Shown in pieces: positions 1 to 10,399 of a stretch of 42,128 bases of DNA. This DNA is from Calditrichia bacterium (lineage in GTDB: Bacteria; Calditrichota; Calditrichia; RBG-13-44-9). The stretch lies in contig JARRQT010000085.1 of the NCBI GenBank assembly GCA_037381445.1, positions 1 to 42,128 on the forward strand. Direction: 5' to 3'. The notes under the pieces were generated by a model. That model was not told where the DNA came from and did not search any database. It worked only from the letters and a program-made list of their open reading frames with translations. Each line of letters starts with the position of its first letter. Positions within the stretch are counted from its first letter, which is position 1. A program made the position numbers and the translations under genes.

Positions 1-319
1 TCAAAAATGTGGATGAATAAGCTATCCGGTCGGGATAGGCCTTTAAATCGGCCATGGCGATTTCCTGCTGCTTCCTCACCGGCGGATAATCGGAATAATC
101 TGTGTTAATTGTCAGGAGCCTGAAATTGTCGGCTTTTGCCTGATCGATGAAAGCCGGATCCACAGAATTCACATGCACGTGCGCATCGATTTTCTGAACC
201 GTGGCAAAATCGGCCATTGTGTAATGCTGCGGCCCGGTGGAACAGCCAATCAGCAGCATCATCAGCACCGGTATTAAGAATCCGGCCATCCACTTGAATC
301 GGAATAATTTGTTTCTCAT
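1..319 (-). CDS. Amidohydrolase_2-family lipoprotein (5' part; runs off the window)
   Basis: Not in the ORF track. ATG at 319 with AAGGAG RBS (~330-335). Translates MRNKLFRFKWMAGFLIPVLMMLLIGCSTGPQHYTMADFATVQKIDAHVH..., with a lipobox (LIGC) and the IDxHxH metal motif. Frame is open to position 1. Confidence 0.8.
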   Translation of the reverse strand, partial: MRNKLFRFKWMAGFLIPVLMMLLIGCSTGPQHYTMADFATVQKIDAHVHVNSVDPAFIDQAKADNFRLLTINTDYSDYPPVRKQQEIAMADLKAYPDRIAYSSTFL

Positions 320-354
320 GATATTTTATCTCCTTTTGGAAATCTGATTTCCTT

Positions 355-2560
355 TTATTCGGATTTCACCGGAATACACTCGATCAGCAGGCTATCTTTG
401 AATCGCGGCGAGATACCGGCAGAAGGCCCCGAGACTGTTCCCAGATTGCGTTGATTCACATAATCATAGACCTGATAATCACGGTTTTTGAGACCGCGCA
501 ATTCAATTTCGCCATTCCAGGAGTCGGCATAGAAAGCGTAATAAAGGGTATCACCCTTTTGAACCACATGGGTTTCCGGTTTATCATATGCAATATCATA
601 CAGATTTAAATATTCACCCCTGCTGAGCATCTTCTCGTTGTAAAGGGAAATCCATTTTTTCCAGTGAGCCTCTTTTTCGGGCGTCAAACGGGTATCAGCC
701 GGGCCCCCGGGCCAGGTAAATTTTGTGCCGACCACAGCCTGTGCCGACCACAGCCCCGGTTCCCACAGCAGAGGCAAAATCCTGCCCGGTCTCCCGCCAG
801 GTAATGGTATCGATTTTGGTCAGCTCCACGTGATCGGCATAGGCCGCGGCGTGAGAGCCCATCAGCGCCTTGAAAGTTTTAATGCGACGCCGGACCTGTG
901 CTGAACTGATGGGATCGGCAGTCACCGCCTGGTCGATCCAGGCCTCCTGATAGAAATCCTGCGGGGTACCGCAATTGCAGACTTCGGTCACGCTATTGGG
1001 TTTAATCGATTTGGTCGTCTCCTGAATAATTTTCAACAACTTGGGCAGATCTTCGTGCGATTCTCCCGGATATTTATGATGATGGGCCGGATTATAACAG
1101 GGCGGAACCGTCCAGTAGGCGTCCAGCTTGTGCCCGTCAAAATCCCAGTCCTTTATGAAACGAACGGTCAATTGCCGGATATATTCCTGCACCTGGGGCA
1201 CTGACGGACAAAAGTCATACATTCCCCGCTCGTCCCGCACAAAATTCCCGTCTTTATCCATTATCAGCCAATCCGGGTGTTTTTTGACCACATCCGCTGC
1301 CCCCTGGGTTACCGATGGCCATTCTCCAAAATCTCCGGCAGGCTGTGCATTGGTTGGGGTCCACCAGATCTTTGCTTTAAATCCCTGCCGGTGCAGCGTT
1401 TTAACCATATCCTTCATTTGCTGCTCCCCGCCGGGAAAGGTTTCCTTACGTATATTCCAGTCACCATACCGGTCGAACCAGCGGTCATCAATTACCACCC
1501 AGTGCAATCCCAGCTCTTTCAGTTTTGGCAGGGTTCCGAAAATGTCGTCGATCGTAAAATCGGATTGATAGCCCCAGCCGCACCATATGGCTGAATAGGA
1601 CTCCTCCGACGGTTTCTGCATACGCACACCCTGGGCAGCCATCAGCCCCGAAAAGGTGCGCAGGGCATTGAAATAATCGCCTTTATGAACAATGACCGCA
1701 GTCTTAATTGTCTGATAGGTTCCACCGGGAGGAAAGGAGCTGTCGGTGTCTTTTTCGATCGCGATCTCCACGCCTTTTTCTGCAGAGGCTTTCACCGGGA
1801 GGGCCACAAGCTGGGGCGCAGGTTCAAGATGCGCGATTGCCAAACCGGCTTTGGCCGTCCAGAGATCCACGACAGGTACGCCGCCGCCATTCCTTGTCTC
1901 CGTTTGAACGCCCATCCAGTTACGGCTGTAGAAATTCGATTTCAAAGGAAAAATATAATCCTTTCCCCAACGCAGCGCGCTGCCCTGAAACGACCAGAAC
2001 TGCCAGGGCTTGCCGTTGTCAACTGCCAATGCCGCATCCAGCCGGTAAGCGTCGCTGTACGCCCGATCGAGATGCAATTCTTTATCTCCCAGATTTCTAT
2101 ACACCGCCAGGGAAATAGCCGCATTAGGATAATTCTCATACAACTCAATTGTCAGCGTCTTCTCAATTCGGCAATTTTCAGGTCCCTGTGCCACGCCTCT
2201 TAAAACCAGGCGTTTTCCCTTTCCGAACCTGGTTTGAATATCAGTGCATTCAGCATTTGACGGCTCCATCCGGAAATCGGTCACATTCTGGCCGTTCACC
2301 ACAACAAAATGCGAGGGGCGCCCGGGATCTTCCCTGGTCAGGGTTACTTTATCCGTTCCCTGCAAAACGGTTTCATTCATTCGGTTATCAAAATGCAATT
2401 GTATTTCCGAGTTCCGAAAAACAATCCCGCCATCTTTATTCATTTCATACTGAATGCCTGCCCCGTTTTTCTTACCGGCGCCCGAACATCCAATTATGGC
2501 AAAAATCAGGATCATAAAACTCACATAAACAGTTTTTATTAGCATGGAGAATCCCGCCAT
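355..2560 (-). pseudogene. GH36/GH27-clan alpha-galactosidase / alpha-N-acetylgalactosaminidase lipoprotein, frameshifted near the 3' end
   Basis: ORF 695-2560 has a lipobox (IIGC), WCGWGY, VVIDDRWF and GHKLD nucleophile motifs. ORF 355-777 supplies the C-terminal domain (KFTWP...GEYLNLYDIAYDKPETHVV). Removing one 16-bp repeat copy gives 2190 nt, a single 729-aa ORF. Confidence 0.85.
724..755. repeat. Exact 16-bp tandem duplication (TGTGCCGACCACAGCC x2)
   Basis: Copies at 724-739 and 740-755, exactly at the GH36 frameshift. Confidence 0.95.
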
Positions 2561-2593
2561 TCCCGGATTTTTAGAAATAGTTTACAAATTCGG

Positions 2594-3688
2594 CTATTTA
2601 TGTAAAACCTTCAGGGCATTATCGCGATACAACTTCTTTAATATTCCGTCATTCAATCCAAAACCATTCATTGCCCAATGATATCCGAACTGTTCTGTTT
2701 CATAGAAATGTTCGTCATTGGTTTCCAGCACCCGGAAGGTGATCCGGTACATATTTTGATCCATTCCCATATCAGTGCCATATAGAAGACGGTCCTGGTA
2801 TTTTTCATAGAATTTTTCCGCAAAGCGCGGGATAGGCGCGGTCTCGGCGTAGCGGGCCGAAATATCCGCGTACAAATTGGGATATTTGTCTAAGAGAGCG
2901 CCCAGCTTTTTCAAATCGTTGGAGCAATTCGCAAAATGGCAGGCAATAAAAGTTGTATTGGGATGGCGCTTGACGGCATTTTCAAGAATGTCAACCATAC
3001 CATCATGCCCAACGATTCCCGGCTGATTATCCAGCCGCCAGTCATAGGCATTCATCAGGCCATCGTTGGTGGAATCCATCGGCTCATACATCCAGATGGG
3101 GTCTGCCACATGAATATTGACCGGCATGCCCAGTTCCGCACATTTTTCCAGAAGGGGATCCATCCGTGGATCATCCAGATGCATCCCATATGCTTTCGGT
3201 TCGCAATAGAAAAGACCTTTCCCTTTGTCGCCCAGCTCACCGACCCCTCTGGCACCAACTTTAAAACATCTTTCCAATTCAGCGACTGCCGCCGGCCCAT
3301 ATCCCGGTTTATCATAGCCGGTGTAATCGAATCCGCACCACACCTCAAAGCGGTCGGGATATTTTGAGTATACTTTATAGAGTGAATCAAATTTTGCTCC
3401 GGTCGCCATGGTCAGCACAATCGTCTTCTGAATTCCAACCGCATCCATATTTTTAACCCACTGGTCCACATCCGCAAGGCTCTCTGCGTACGGATGGGAA
3501 TGCATATCGATAACGGCATATTTTGCTTTGGCAATGTGCGTTACCGGCACTTTGTAAATCGATTTTGGCCGGTAATTTTTCAACAACAGATTGTCCGGAT
3601 TGCTCTGCGCCAGCACAAGCTGGAAAAACAGCAAGGTAAATATGACAGTAAACAGGTAGTAAAAACTGTTTTTTGCTTTCTGATTCAT
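2594..3688 (-). CDS. Amidohydrolase_2-family metal-dependent hydrolase with signal peptide
   Basis: IDMHSH, PVNIHVAD, ACHFAN, YADISAR and LLYGTD motifs. Probable start MNQKAK at 3688 with GGAGG RBS (the ORF track extends to 3706). Confidence 0.85.
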   Translation of the reverse strand: MNQKAKNSFYYLFTVIFTLLFFQLVLAQSNPDNLLLKNYRPKSIYKVPVTHIAKAKYAVIDMHSHPYAESLADVDQWVKNMDAVGIQKTIVLTMATGAKFDSLYKVYSKYPDRFEVWCGFDYTGYDKPGYGPAAVAELERCFKVGARGVGELGDKGKGLFYCEPKAYGMHLDDPRMDPLLEKCAELGMPVNIHVADPIWMYEPMDSTNDGLMNAYDWRLDNQPGIVGHDGMVDILENAVKRHPNTTFIACHFANCSNDLKKLGALLDKYPNLYADISARYAETAPIPRFAEKFYEKYQDRLLYGTDMGMDQNMYRITFRVLETNDEHFYETEQFGYHWAMNGFGLNDGILKKLYRDNALKVLHK

Positions 3689-3828
3689 TGAATGCCTCCA
3701 GTTCAAAATCCTTTGTTCGTTTCAGGTTTTCGAAATCATTTTCCATTGATCCCGGAACCGATCGTAAGATCAACTGCAATGATTTTCGCTCTAATGTTTT
3801 AACCGTCGAAGGTGCGGTTTTAAATTGC

Positions 3829-4452
3829 TCAATCTGCTTGAAACCAGCTCCAATCCGGGTATTTCGTACGAAAATAATTGAGCGGATCGGGCATGGTATA
3901 ACGGTTATCCCGGATTGACAGCACGGCATCGTTAAGTGATTTTATATTGTCGTAGGCAATCCGCTGCGCGGCATCTATCTTAAAATAGCGAATCTGCATG
4001 TCGATGATTTTCTCATCCATAGCCGGCGGCCATACTCTGACATTGCCGTCTATCATGAGATTTTCGGGATAATAGCTCTGCGTATTCCCGTCCCAGCGGG
4101 ATGAAATGATCATATGGGTTTCATATCCCAGATCCACCTCAATACCTTTGATCACATAGGCGCCGGGCGGCACATTCTGGACCATATAATAACCATCCGG
4201 ATTGGTTTTTACCCGGTACGCCTTTGTGACCTCTTTTCCGTTTTCAAGGGATTTCCCCACGATGACCACCGTGATATTGGACGTCTTTGCTTCGTAAACA
4301 TCCTCAAGTCCGTCATTCTCTACCAGCACAGCACCCACCAGCAGTGACTTGCCGGGCTGCTGCTCATGCAGCGTGATTGTTTTCGTTGTGGCGCAATTCA
4401 GCAACAGCAGAACGGCCAAAAGGAAAGATAATTTCAGAAAATGCCTCATCAT
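3829..4452 (-). CDS. Hypothetical lipoprotein
   Basis: 207 aa, hydrophobic N-terminus ending LLLNC, co-oriented in the locus; Ig-like/carboxypeptidase-regulatory-like segment TNPDGYYMVQNVPPGAY. Confidence 0.75.
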   Translation of the reverse strand: MMRHFLKLSFLLAVLLLLNCATTKTITLHEQQPGKSLLVGAVLVENDGLEDVYEAKTSNITVVIVGKSLENGKEVTKAYRVKTNPDGYYMVQNVPPGAYVIKGIEVDLGYETHMIISSRWDGNTQSYYPENLMIDGNVRVWPPAMDEKIIDMQIRYFKIDAAQRIAYDNIKSLNDAVLSIRDNRYTMPDPLNYFRTKYPDWSWFQAD

Positions 4453-4474
4453 GTTTTATTACCTTTATGTGTGA

Positions 4475-7400
4475 TTATTCATGTTTAGTCGATTTATGGG
4501 ACTCGCCCGCATTTTTTACCAAAAGCGGAGAATCCGGATGCAGTTTTAAACCTTCATCAAAGACCGCCATCGCTTCCTTTTCTTCCCCCAATTTGCGATA
4601 GCACATGGCCAGATTGTTAAAATAGTCCGGCTCTTTTTTTGAGAAGGAAAGCGCCTGCCTGTAGAAAGGAATGGCTTCCTCGAAGCGGTTCCGGACCACA
4701 TAGAGATTTCCAAGATTGTAATAGACTTCAGGATCGGACTTATCCAGCGCCAGCGCATCCCGGAAACATTTCTCCGCCCGGTCAAGCTGCCGGATCAGGA
4801 AAAATGCGTTTCCCAGGTTGAAAAGGACCTTCACCGAGGAATTCCCCATGCCCAGCGATTTTTCATAATAACTGACCGCCTGCGAATAATCCTTGAGCTG
4901 CAGATAGCAGTCACCCAGGCTGGCCGTCACGTGCGGCTGGTATTCCATCTGAGCGAGGGACTGCAGATAAAGATTTGCTGCCTCCTCATAATTTCCCTGC
5001 GATTGATATACCGCAGCACTGCCGTTGAACGCCTCATAAATCCGGGGATCAATCTGCAGCGCCTTCTGATATGCCTGCAGCGCTTTTTCATGACGGTTTT
5101 GTCGACGGAAGATTTCTCCCAGAAAATACCAGGAGCCGGACAGATCGGTTTTTAATTCAAGTGATTTTTCTAGATACATTTTTGCTGAGTCCAACTTTGA
5201 TTGTGATAAGTAACAGCGGGCGCTTTCATAATAGATGAGCGGATTTTTGGGAAAGCGGTTCTCCAGCGCCCTTAATTGCTTAAGTGCCTCCCCGTATTTA
5301 GCCTCCGTTATTTCTTGACGGATGAGCTGCAGTTGCGCCTCGGGATTGTCCGGATGCTGTTGAACGGCCACCGCCAGACGGGTGGTGACCAGGTCCATGT
5401 CCTTGAAGTACTGCGAAGCCAGGTTGCTTTCCGGAATCAGGCGCGAGCCATCAAGAAGAATCTGCATCCCTTCTTTTGGCCGTCCCTGGTAAAATGCCAG
5501 CATTCCCTTCAGAAATTGCCGCGATGCAGCCTCATTCCGGGCAAGATGTTCCTCAATTTTTTTGGAAGCAGCAGAATCCTCAGGAAATCCGGTTAAAAGA
5601 TTTTTCAGGTCAGGCCGTCTGTACAGAATTTTGGCCAGGTTCTGTGCGGCGCACAAATCCCGGGCGCGAATGGCCCTTTTGGAGTATTCCAGAATGGGAT
5701 GATCATCGGTGTTAAGCGCGGCGTCCTTACTGATATCACGAATACCCCGGGAATCCAGGACCAGGCAATCCAGCAGATCATACGCTGAATTGATATTGAC
5801 GGCAGCGAGATCGTTTTTGATCTGCGGATCATTGAACTGCTTTTCCACGGCCGCAAAATTTATTTCAATTGGCCGGGTCGATCCCATGAGCACCACCTGC
5901 TTATTGATACAATTGGGCGCCATCCATAACAGCGAATAGGGAAAAACAGATTGAAATGTTTTCAGAACAATATTGAAATCCCGGGGATCCAGATCGGTGG
6001 TCATCCAGGTGGAAAGAATCCCCCCCTCTTTGAGTTTTCGTCTGCAGTTTTCGAAATGGTTCCGGGTGAAGAGGCTGGCACTGGCGGTTGCCACCGCATA
6101 GTTGGCATCATTCATAATGATGTCATATTTCTCCGGCGTATATTTGACAAAATTTTTGCCATCCAGAATCGTGTAATGGAAGCGCGGATTGCCGAGCACC
6201 CCTTTGTTGATTTCCGCAAAATGCAAACCGGCCAGGTCCATCACGTCTTTTGAAATTTCCACCAGCGTAAAATTTTCAACGGGATGAAGCAGTGCCGAAT
6301 GGGATGTCTGTCCGGTGCCGAATCCGATTTGCAGTACCCGCTGGGCACTTGGCCTGACAAACTGGGGCAGATTGCCCTGCAGCACCTGCAATGTGCGCAG
6401 CATAAAACTGGTACCGGCAACGTTCAGTCCGTCAACATCGATCCGCTTGGTCTGCTGCATGGGAAGATCCGACTGGTGAACCGTGGCGGTCCCCTCCACC
6501 CCTTCCCGGAAATCAACAATAGGAAAATCCTTTTCGATGGAAGCATAGGCAGCCGTGAAAACTGTTTTGGGAGTCAGATTGATCAGCAGGATTAATGCCG
6601 CCAGACCGCCGCCTGCAAAAGCAAGTCCTTTCCTAAAGGAAAACTTCGCTTTCGGATTACCAAGAAGAATGATTCCCAGCAAAAGGTTGATCAGCACCAT
6701 GATCAGCATGGTGGCCGAAGTTCCTAAAACAGAAATAAAAACAAATCCAGTGAGGAAAGAGCCAAAAACGCCGCCAATGGTATTGTAAAAATAGAGAGCC
6801 CCCAGACCGTCACTCATCCGTTTGAGATCGGGCACCAGAATTTTTCCGGCTACCGGAAATGCTGCACCCATTAAAAAAGTGGGCAAAAACATGACAATAA
6901 ATGCTTCCAGTATACGAATCCCGTTAAACTCCCACCAGTTGGTTCCGGGCCCCAGCGTCAACAGTTTTTCATGAATTCCGGGCAGCTTGACGAGCAGAAT
7001 CGCTGCCAGAAGCGCGGATAATCCAATTGCCACTTCCAGCCATCCCAGCAGGTAAATGCGATTTTTTGAGCGGTCCGCCCACTTCCCGCCGAATCCGGAG
7101 CCGATCGCAATTCCAAATAAAAAAGTGGAAAGCATTACCGCAAAAGCATAAACCGAGTTGGTCATAAAAAAGACCAGAATGCGGCTCCACAGCACCTCAT
7201 AAGCCAGGGCGGCAAATCCGGAAAACGCCATTATCAGAAGCACAAAATGATATTTTTGTTTGACCGGCGCTGCCTCGCGAGAGATTGGCCGGCTGTCCTC
7301 GTTTGTCGAGAACCGGAAAATTCCAAAAGCAGCCGCGCCGATGATCAGGTTTAAAAACACTGCCAACAGAATCGATTCCAGAACTCCCAGCCATCCGATA

Positions 7401-7918
7401 AGAAAAAAGGCGGTGAGAAATGTACCGTTCACCGCGCCGAATGTATTGACGCTGTAGAGAGTCCCGAATCCCAATCCGATCTTTTCTTTATTGGTTATCA
7501 CCGCATGGCTGATAACCGGCAATGTTCCGCCCATCAAAAAGGTGGCGGGCAGCATCACGACAAAAGCGACCGCAAATTTGATCAGGTAAAAAAGAAACGG
7601 GATATTTTCCAGCGAAGGATGGAGCACGCTGAAAAGAGCCTCCAGGCTGCCCTTCAAACCGGGAACCAGCAGGGCCGATATTCCCACGCCTATCTCGAGG
7701 AACGCATAGCTGCGCAAATGGTTTTTTAGGCGATCACCGACTTTTCCGAATATCCGGCTTCCCAGGGCCAGGCCAAGCATAAAAGCCGCCAGAACCGTGC
7801 TGATGGCCAGGGTTGTATTACCGAAAATAAGCCCGAAAACCCTTGTCCAGATAATTTCATAGACCAGCCCGGTAAATCCGGATATAAAGAAAAGGGATAA
7901 AATAAAGGTTCTGCGCAT
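4475..7918 (-). CDS. Fused multi-pass membrane / spermidine-synthase-like SAM-binding / TPR protein
   Basis: N-terminal duplicated TM module (SGFTGLVYEIIWTR and SGFAALAYEVLWSR), central VLQIGFGTGQT...VEISKDV...DGKNFV...YDIIMND, and many C-terminal TPRs. Confidence 0.88.
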   Translation of the reverse strand: MRRTFILSLFFISGFTGLVYEIIWTRVFGLIFGNTTLAISTVLAAFMLGLALGSRIFGKVGDRLKNHLRSYAFLEIGVGISALLVPGLKGSLEALFSVLHPSLENIPFLFYLIKFAVAFVVMLPATFLMGGTLPVISHAVITNKEKIGLGFGTLYSVNTFGAVNGTFLTAFFLIGWLGVLESILLAVFLNLIIGAAAFGIFRFSTNEDSRPISREAAPVKQKYHFVLLIMAFSGFAALAYEVLWSRILVFFMTNSVYAFAVMLSTFLFGIAIGSGFGGKWADRSKNRIYLLGWLEVAIGLSALLAAILLVKLPGIHEKLLTLGPGTNWWEFNGIRILEAFIVMFLPTFLMGAAFPVAGKILVPDLKRMSDGLGALYFYNTIGGVFGSFLTGFVFISVLGTSATMLIMVLINLLLGIILLGNPKAKFSFRKGLAFAGGGLAALILLINLTPKTVFTAAYASIEKDFPIVDFREGVEGTATVHQSDLPMQQTKRIDVDGLNVAGTSFMLRTLQVLQGNLPQFVRPSAQRVLQIGFGTGQTSHSALLHPVENFTLVEISKDVMDLAGLHFAEINKGVLGNPRFHYTILDGKNFVKYTPEKYDIIMNDANYAVATASASLFTRNHFENCRRKLKEGGILSTWMTTDLDPRDFNIVLKTFQSVFPYSLLWMAPNCINKQVVLMGSTRPIEINFAAVEKQFNDPQIKNDLAAVNINSAYDLLDCLVLDSRGIRDISKDAALNTDDHPILEYSKRAIRARDLCAAQNLAKILYRRPDLKNLLTGFPEDSAASKKIEEHLARNEAASRQFLKGMLAFYQGRPKEGMQILLDGSRLIPESNLASQYFKDMDLVTTRLAVAVQQHPDNPEAQLQLIRQEITEAKYGEALKQLRALENRFPKNPLIYYESARCYLSQSKLDSAKMYLEKSLELKTDLSGSWYFLGEIFRRQNRHEKALQAYQKALQIDPRIYEAFNGSAAVYQSQGNYEEAANLYLQSLAQMEYQPHVTASLGDCYLQLKDYSQAVSYYEKSLGMGNSSVKVLFNLGNAFFLIRQLDRAEKCFRDALALDKSDPEVYYNLGNLYVVRNRFEEAIPFYRQALSFSKKEPDYFNNLAMCYRKLGEEKEAMAVFDEGLKLHPDSPLLVKNAGESHKSTKHE

Positions 7919-8018
7919 TAACGATAATCCCGAAACACCTTGTGAAATAGAATGAAATTTTTACTCATCTGTGAAACCTGATAATAATTTAGAAATCATG
8001 AAACACATACGTCGCCGC

Positions 8019-9074
8019 CTAGTGAACAATCAGAATTCGCCTGGTCAGATTTATTTTGCTGCCCTTAAGCCTGATGAAATAGAATCCCGAATTAACTGCT
8101 TTCCCCAGACCATCCCGCATATTCCACTGAAAATCCTGATATTCTCCCGCACCTTGCAGGGCTGAGTTATATATCTGCTGCCCCAGAACATTATAAATGG
8201 TGATATGCAGCGGCTCGGCGCGTAAAATTTTAAAGCGGATATTGACACGATTTTCATTTTTAGAGAGACTGACCGGATTGGGATAAATCTCCATATCCGC
8301 TTTATTTTCCGAATAGACAGGCTGATCGGTGCTCTGAATTCCGGTTGCCACAGGAATAATATCTTCCAGCCGTCCGCTGATGCGAACGTCGTCCATTCTT
8401 CCTTCAAAATCTTTAATGGAGGGGCTCGCCGGATCGGCCCTGTACCAGGAACCGATGGAAAGCGGATCATCATTAGCAACAGGAATTGTCGTAAAATCAA
8501 GCGTGTCTGCAGCCGCTGCAGCAGGATCATTCCACATATATACTTTGCCCGCGCTGAAATCATAGAAAACCCCAACAAATGTCCACTGATTAAGCGGGAT
8601 GGTAAAACTGGAAGATGCCGTCTGCGCCTTATTCGTACTGACATCTCTTATTAAAAATTCCAATTTTTTGGATTTTGATATACGAATGGCATAATTGGTG
8701 GTAATGGGATTTGAATCCTGCCGTCCCTTATTTACAAGATAATGGACATCATCCAATACAAAAGGATAAATCCAGGCGGAAATGCCAATATTTTCATTGT
8801 CAAAATCCAGGTCGGGACTATCATCCACACGAAAGTAATCATGGGCATTTGCGGTATCCAGCAGCAAATAGGCGTTTCCCTCCTGCAATGGAGGAACACT
8901 GGCGTAGCCTGCCTGACCTATCAACGCGCCGTCATTATTTAATTGGTCCCAGTCCGCGGTATCAAAACCATTGTCTTCAAACTGCCAGCGGCCGCCTTTG
9001 CTCTGGGCATAGGATGACTGCGAGAAAAGAATAAAGGTAAAAACAATCGTTAGAGAAGCAAGGAATAATTTCAT
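8019..9074 (-). CDS. Secreted LamG/concanavalin-A-like domain protein with FlgD/T9SS-like C-terminal domain
   Basis: Signal peptide; ISAWIYP, LNQWTFV, FEGRMDDVRI (LamG-like); IYPNP...IYNVLGQQI...WNMRD...SGFYFIRL (CTD). Confidence 0.85.
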   Translation of the reverse strand: MKLFLASLTIVFTFILFSQSSYAQSKGGRWQFEDNGFDTADWDQLNNDGALIGQAGYASVPPLQEGNAYLLLDTANAHDYFRVDDSPDLDFDNENIGISAWIYPFVLDDVHYLVNKGRQDSNPITTNYAIRISKSKKLEFLIRDVSTNKAQTASSSFTIPLNQWTFVGVFYDFSAGKVYMWNDPAAAAADTLDFTTIPVANDDPLSIGSWYRADPASPSIKDFEGRMDDVRISGRLEDIIPVATGIQSTDQPVYSENKADMEIYPNPVSLSKNENRVNIRFKILRAEPLHITIYNVLGQQIYNSALQGAGEYQDFQWNMRDGLGKAVNSGFYFIRLKGSKINLTRRILIVH

Positions 9075-9108
9075 TTCACTTTTCTTCTTTTATATCTTCA
9101 TTAAAATG

Positions 9109-9143
9109 AGCCGTGCGTCCATACAGGTATTAAACGCACGGCT
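9109..9143 (-). terminator. Intergenic stem-loop (terminator or mRNA-stabilising hairpin)
   Basis: AGCCGTGCGT (9109-9118) / ACGCACGGCT (9134-9143), a perfect 10-bp stem just downstream of the IPT/NHL gene; weak U-tract. Confidence 0.5.
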
Positions 9144-9160
9144 GTCAACGAAACACGAAC

Positions 9161-10324
9161 TTAGAAGTTCAATCCATAATTGGGAGCCTGCTCCACACCG
9201 ATATAGGCGCTCTGAGTAAATCCAACGTCAGCCCAGGACGGATGGACCATATACATAATTTTGCCATGAAAACACATATAGTGTATCGGGCTTTCCGCCG
9301 GATCGATGAGCTCATCTTCGTACAACGTTTCTTCCGAACCATCCGGGGCCAGGGTGTATATGCTATAGTTCCAGGCCAGTGTATAATACATAGTTCCATC
9401 TTCATCGAATTCGATTCCCAATGGAGAATCCAAATCGGTCATGATCTCTTCTTCGTCTCCCAGACCGCTTGAGGTAATCTCAAACCGGGAAATTACACCG
9501 TCCCAAATGCGGGTAACATATAAATAATTGCCAAAAACACGGCAGCACTTGGCAGTAGAAACATCCGCCATGTAAGTAAGTGTGCCTGACGGATCGAGCC
9601 GGTCAATCCCGCTTTCGTTTTCAATTATATACATGTTCCCGTTCTGATCCCAATCGAATGCCACCGGGCTGGAAACGGATGTTACCAGCTCGACTGTAGA
9701 ACCATCCGGAGAAATTCGCTCGATTTGGCCTTCCCCCTGCTCACATACATACAGGTAATGGCCGGGCCCAAACTTGATTGAACCGCTGACAGGCACCGAT
9801 GCAAATTCACTCTTATTGCCATCCGGGGTAATTTTGTAAATGACTCCCTCATCTGCAGAACCCACATAAACATTCCCGGCATCGTCCACGGCAACGCCGT
9901 TGGGCCAGACAATCTCACTATCCAGGACTGCAAGGGTGTTCTTGAAGACAAACGGCATTCCCTGGCTCCAATACTCAGATCCTTTCACCGAAACCTTCAC
10001 GGGAACGGTTTGTCCCGCAATGTTGGGGGTTTGAACCGTCAGTTCACTCGTCGATGCGGATAGTATTTTACCCGCATTCTTGCCAAAAGAGACCATATTA
10101 TATTCCGGAGTGGAATTAAAACCGCTGCCGTAAATCTTGATAACATCTTTAAGGTAGCCCTCGCTCGGACTCAATGAATCCACTTTGGGTGCAGCCAGAC
10201 CTGTCGGATTTGGATCGGGATGACTTTTGTCATACGTCGGTTCATCCGGTTTCGAACAGGAAAAAATGACCAAACCAAGTATTAAGGTGAAGCCGAGGAT
10301 TACCCACCAATTTTTATATTTCAT
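9161..10324 (-). CDS. IPT/TIG domain + NHL/beta-propeller lipoprotein
   Basis: Lipobox IFSC; APKVDSLSPSEG..VIKIYGSGF (IPT); repeated PNGVAVD/PVAFDWD/PLGIEFD blades; GGAGG RBS. Confidence 0.85.
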   Translation of the reverse strand: MKYKNWWVILGFTLILGLVIFSCSKPDEPTYDKSHPDPNPTGLAAPKVDSLSPSEGYLKDVIKIYGSGFNSTPEYNMVSFGKNAGKILSASTSELTVQTPNIAGQTVPVKVSVKGSEYWSQGMPFVFKNTLAVLDSEIVWPNGVAVDDAGNVYVGSADEGVIYKITPDGNKSEFASVPVSGSIKFGPGHYLYVCEQGEGQIERISPDGSTVELVTSVSSPVAFDWDQNGNMYIIENESGIDRLDPSGTLTYMADVSTAKCCRVFGNYLYVTRIWDGVISRFEITSSGLGDEEEIMTDLDSPLGIEFDEDGTMYYTLAWNYSIYTLAPDGSEETLYEDELIDPAESPIHYMCFHGKIMYMVHPSWADVGFTQSAYIGVEQAPNYGLNF

Positions 10325-10399
10325 ACTAAATCCTCCAACTAATCATTTGTTTTAACATTTCGATAACATCATATAGTTTTTCACGATAATTCTCTCGAC

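Noticed and set aside
105..293. 62-aa minus-strand ORF in the track
   Set aside because: Alternate frame of the real amidohydrolase gene starting at 319, which has an RBS, lipobox and HxH motif.
3453..3929. 158-aa minus-strand ORF bridging two genes
   Set aside because: Overlaps both neighbours out of frame and has no RBS or motif.
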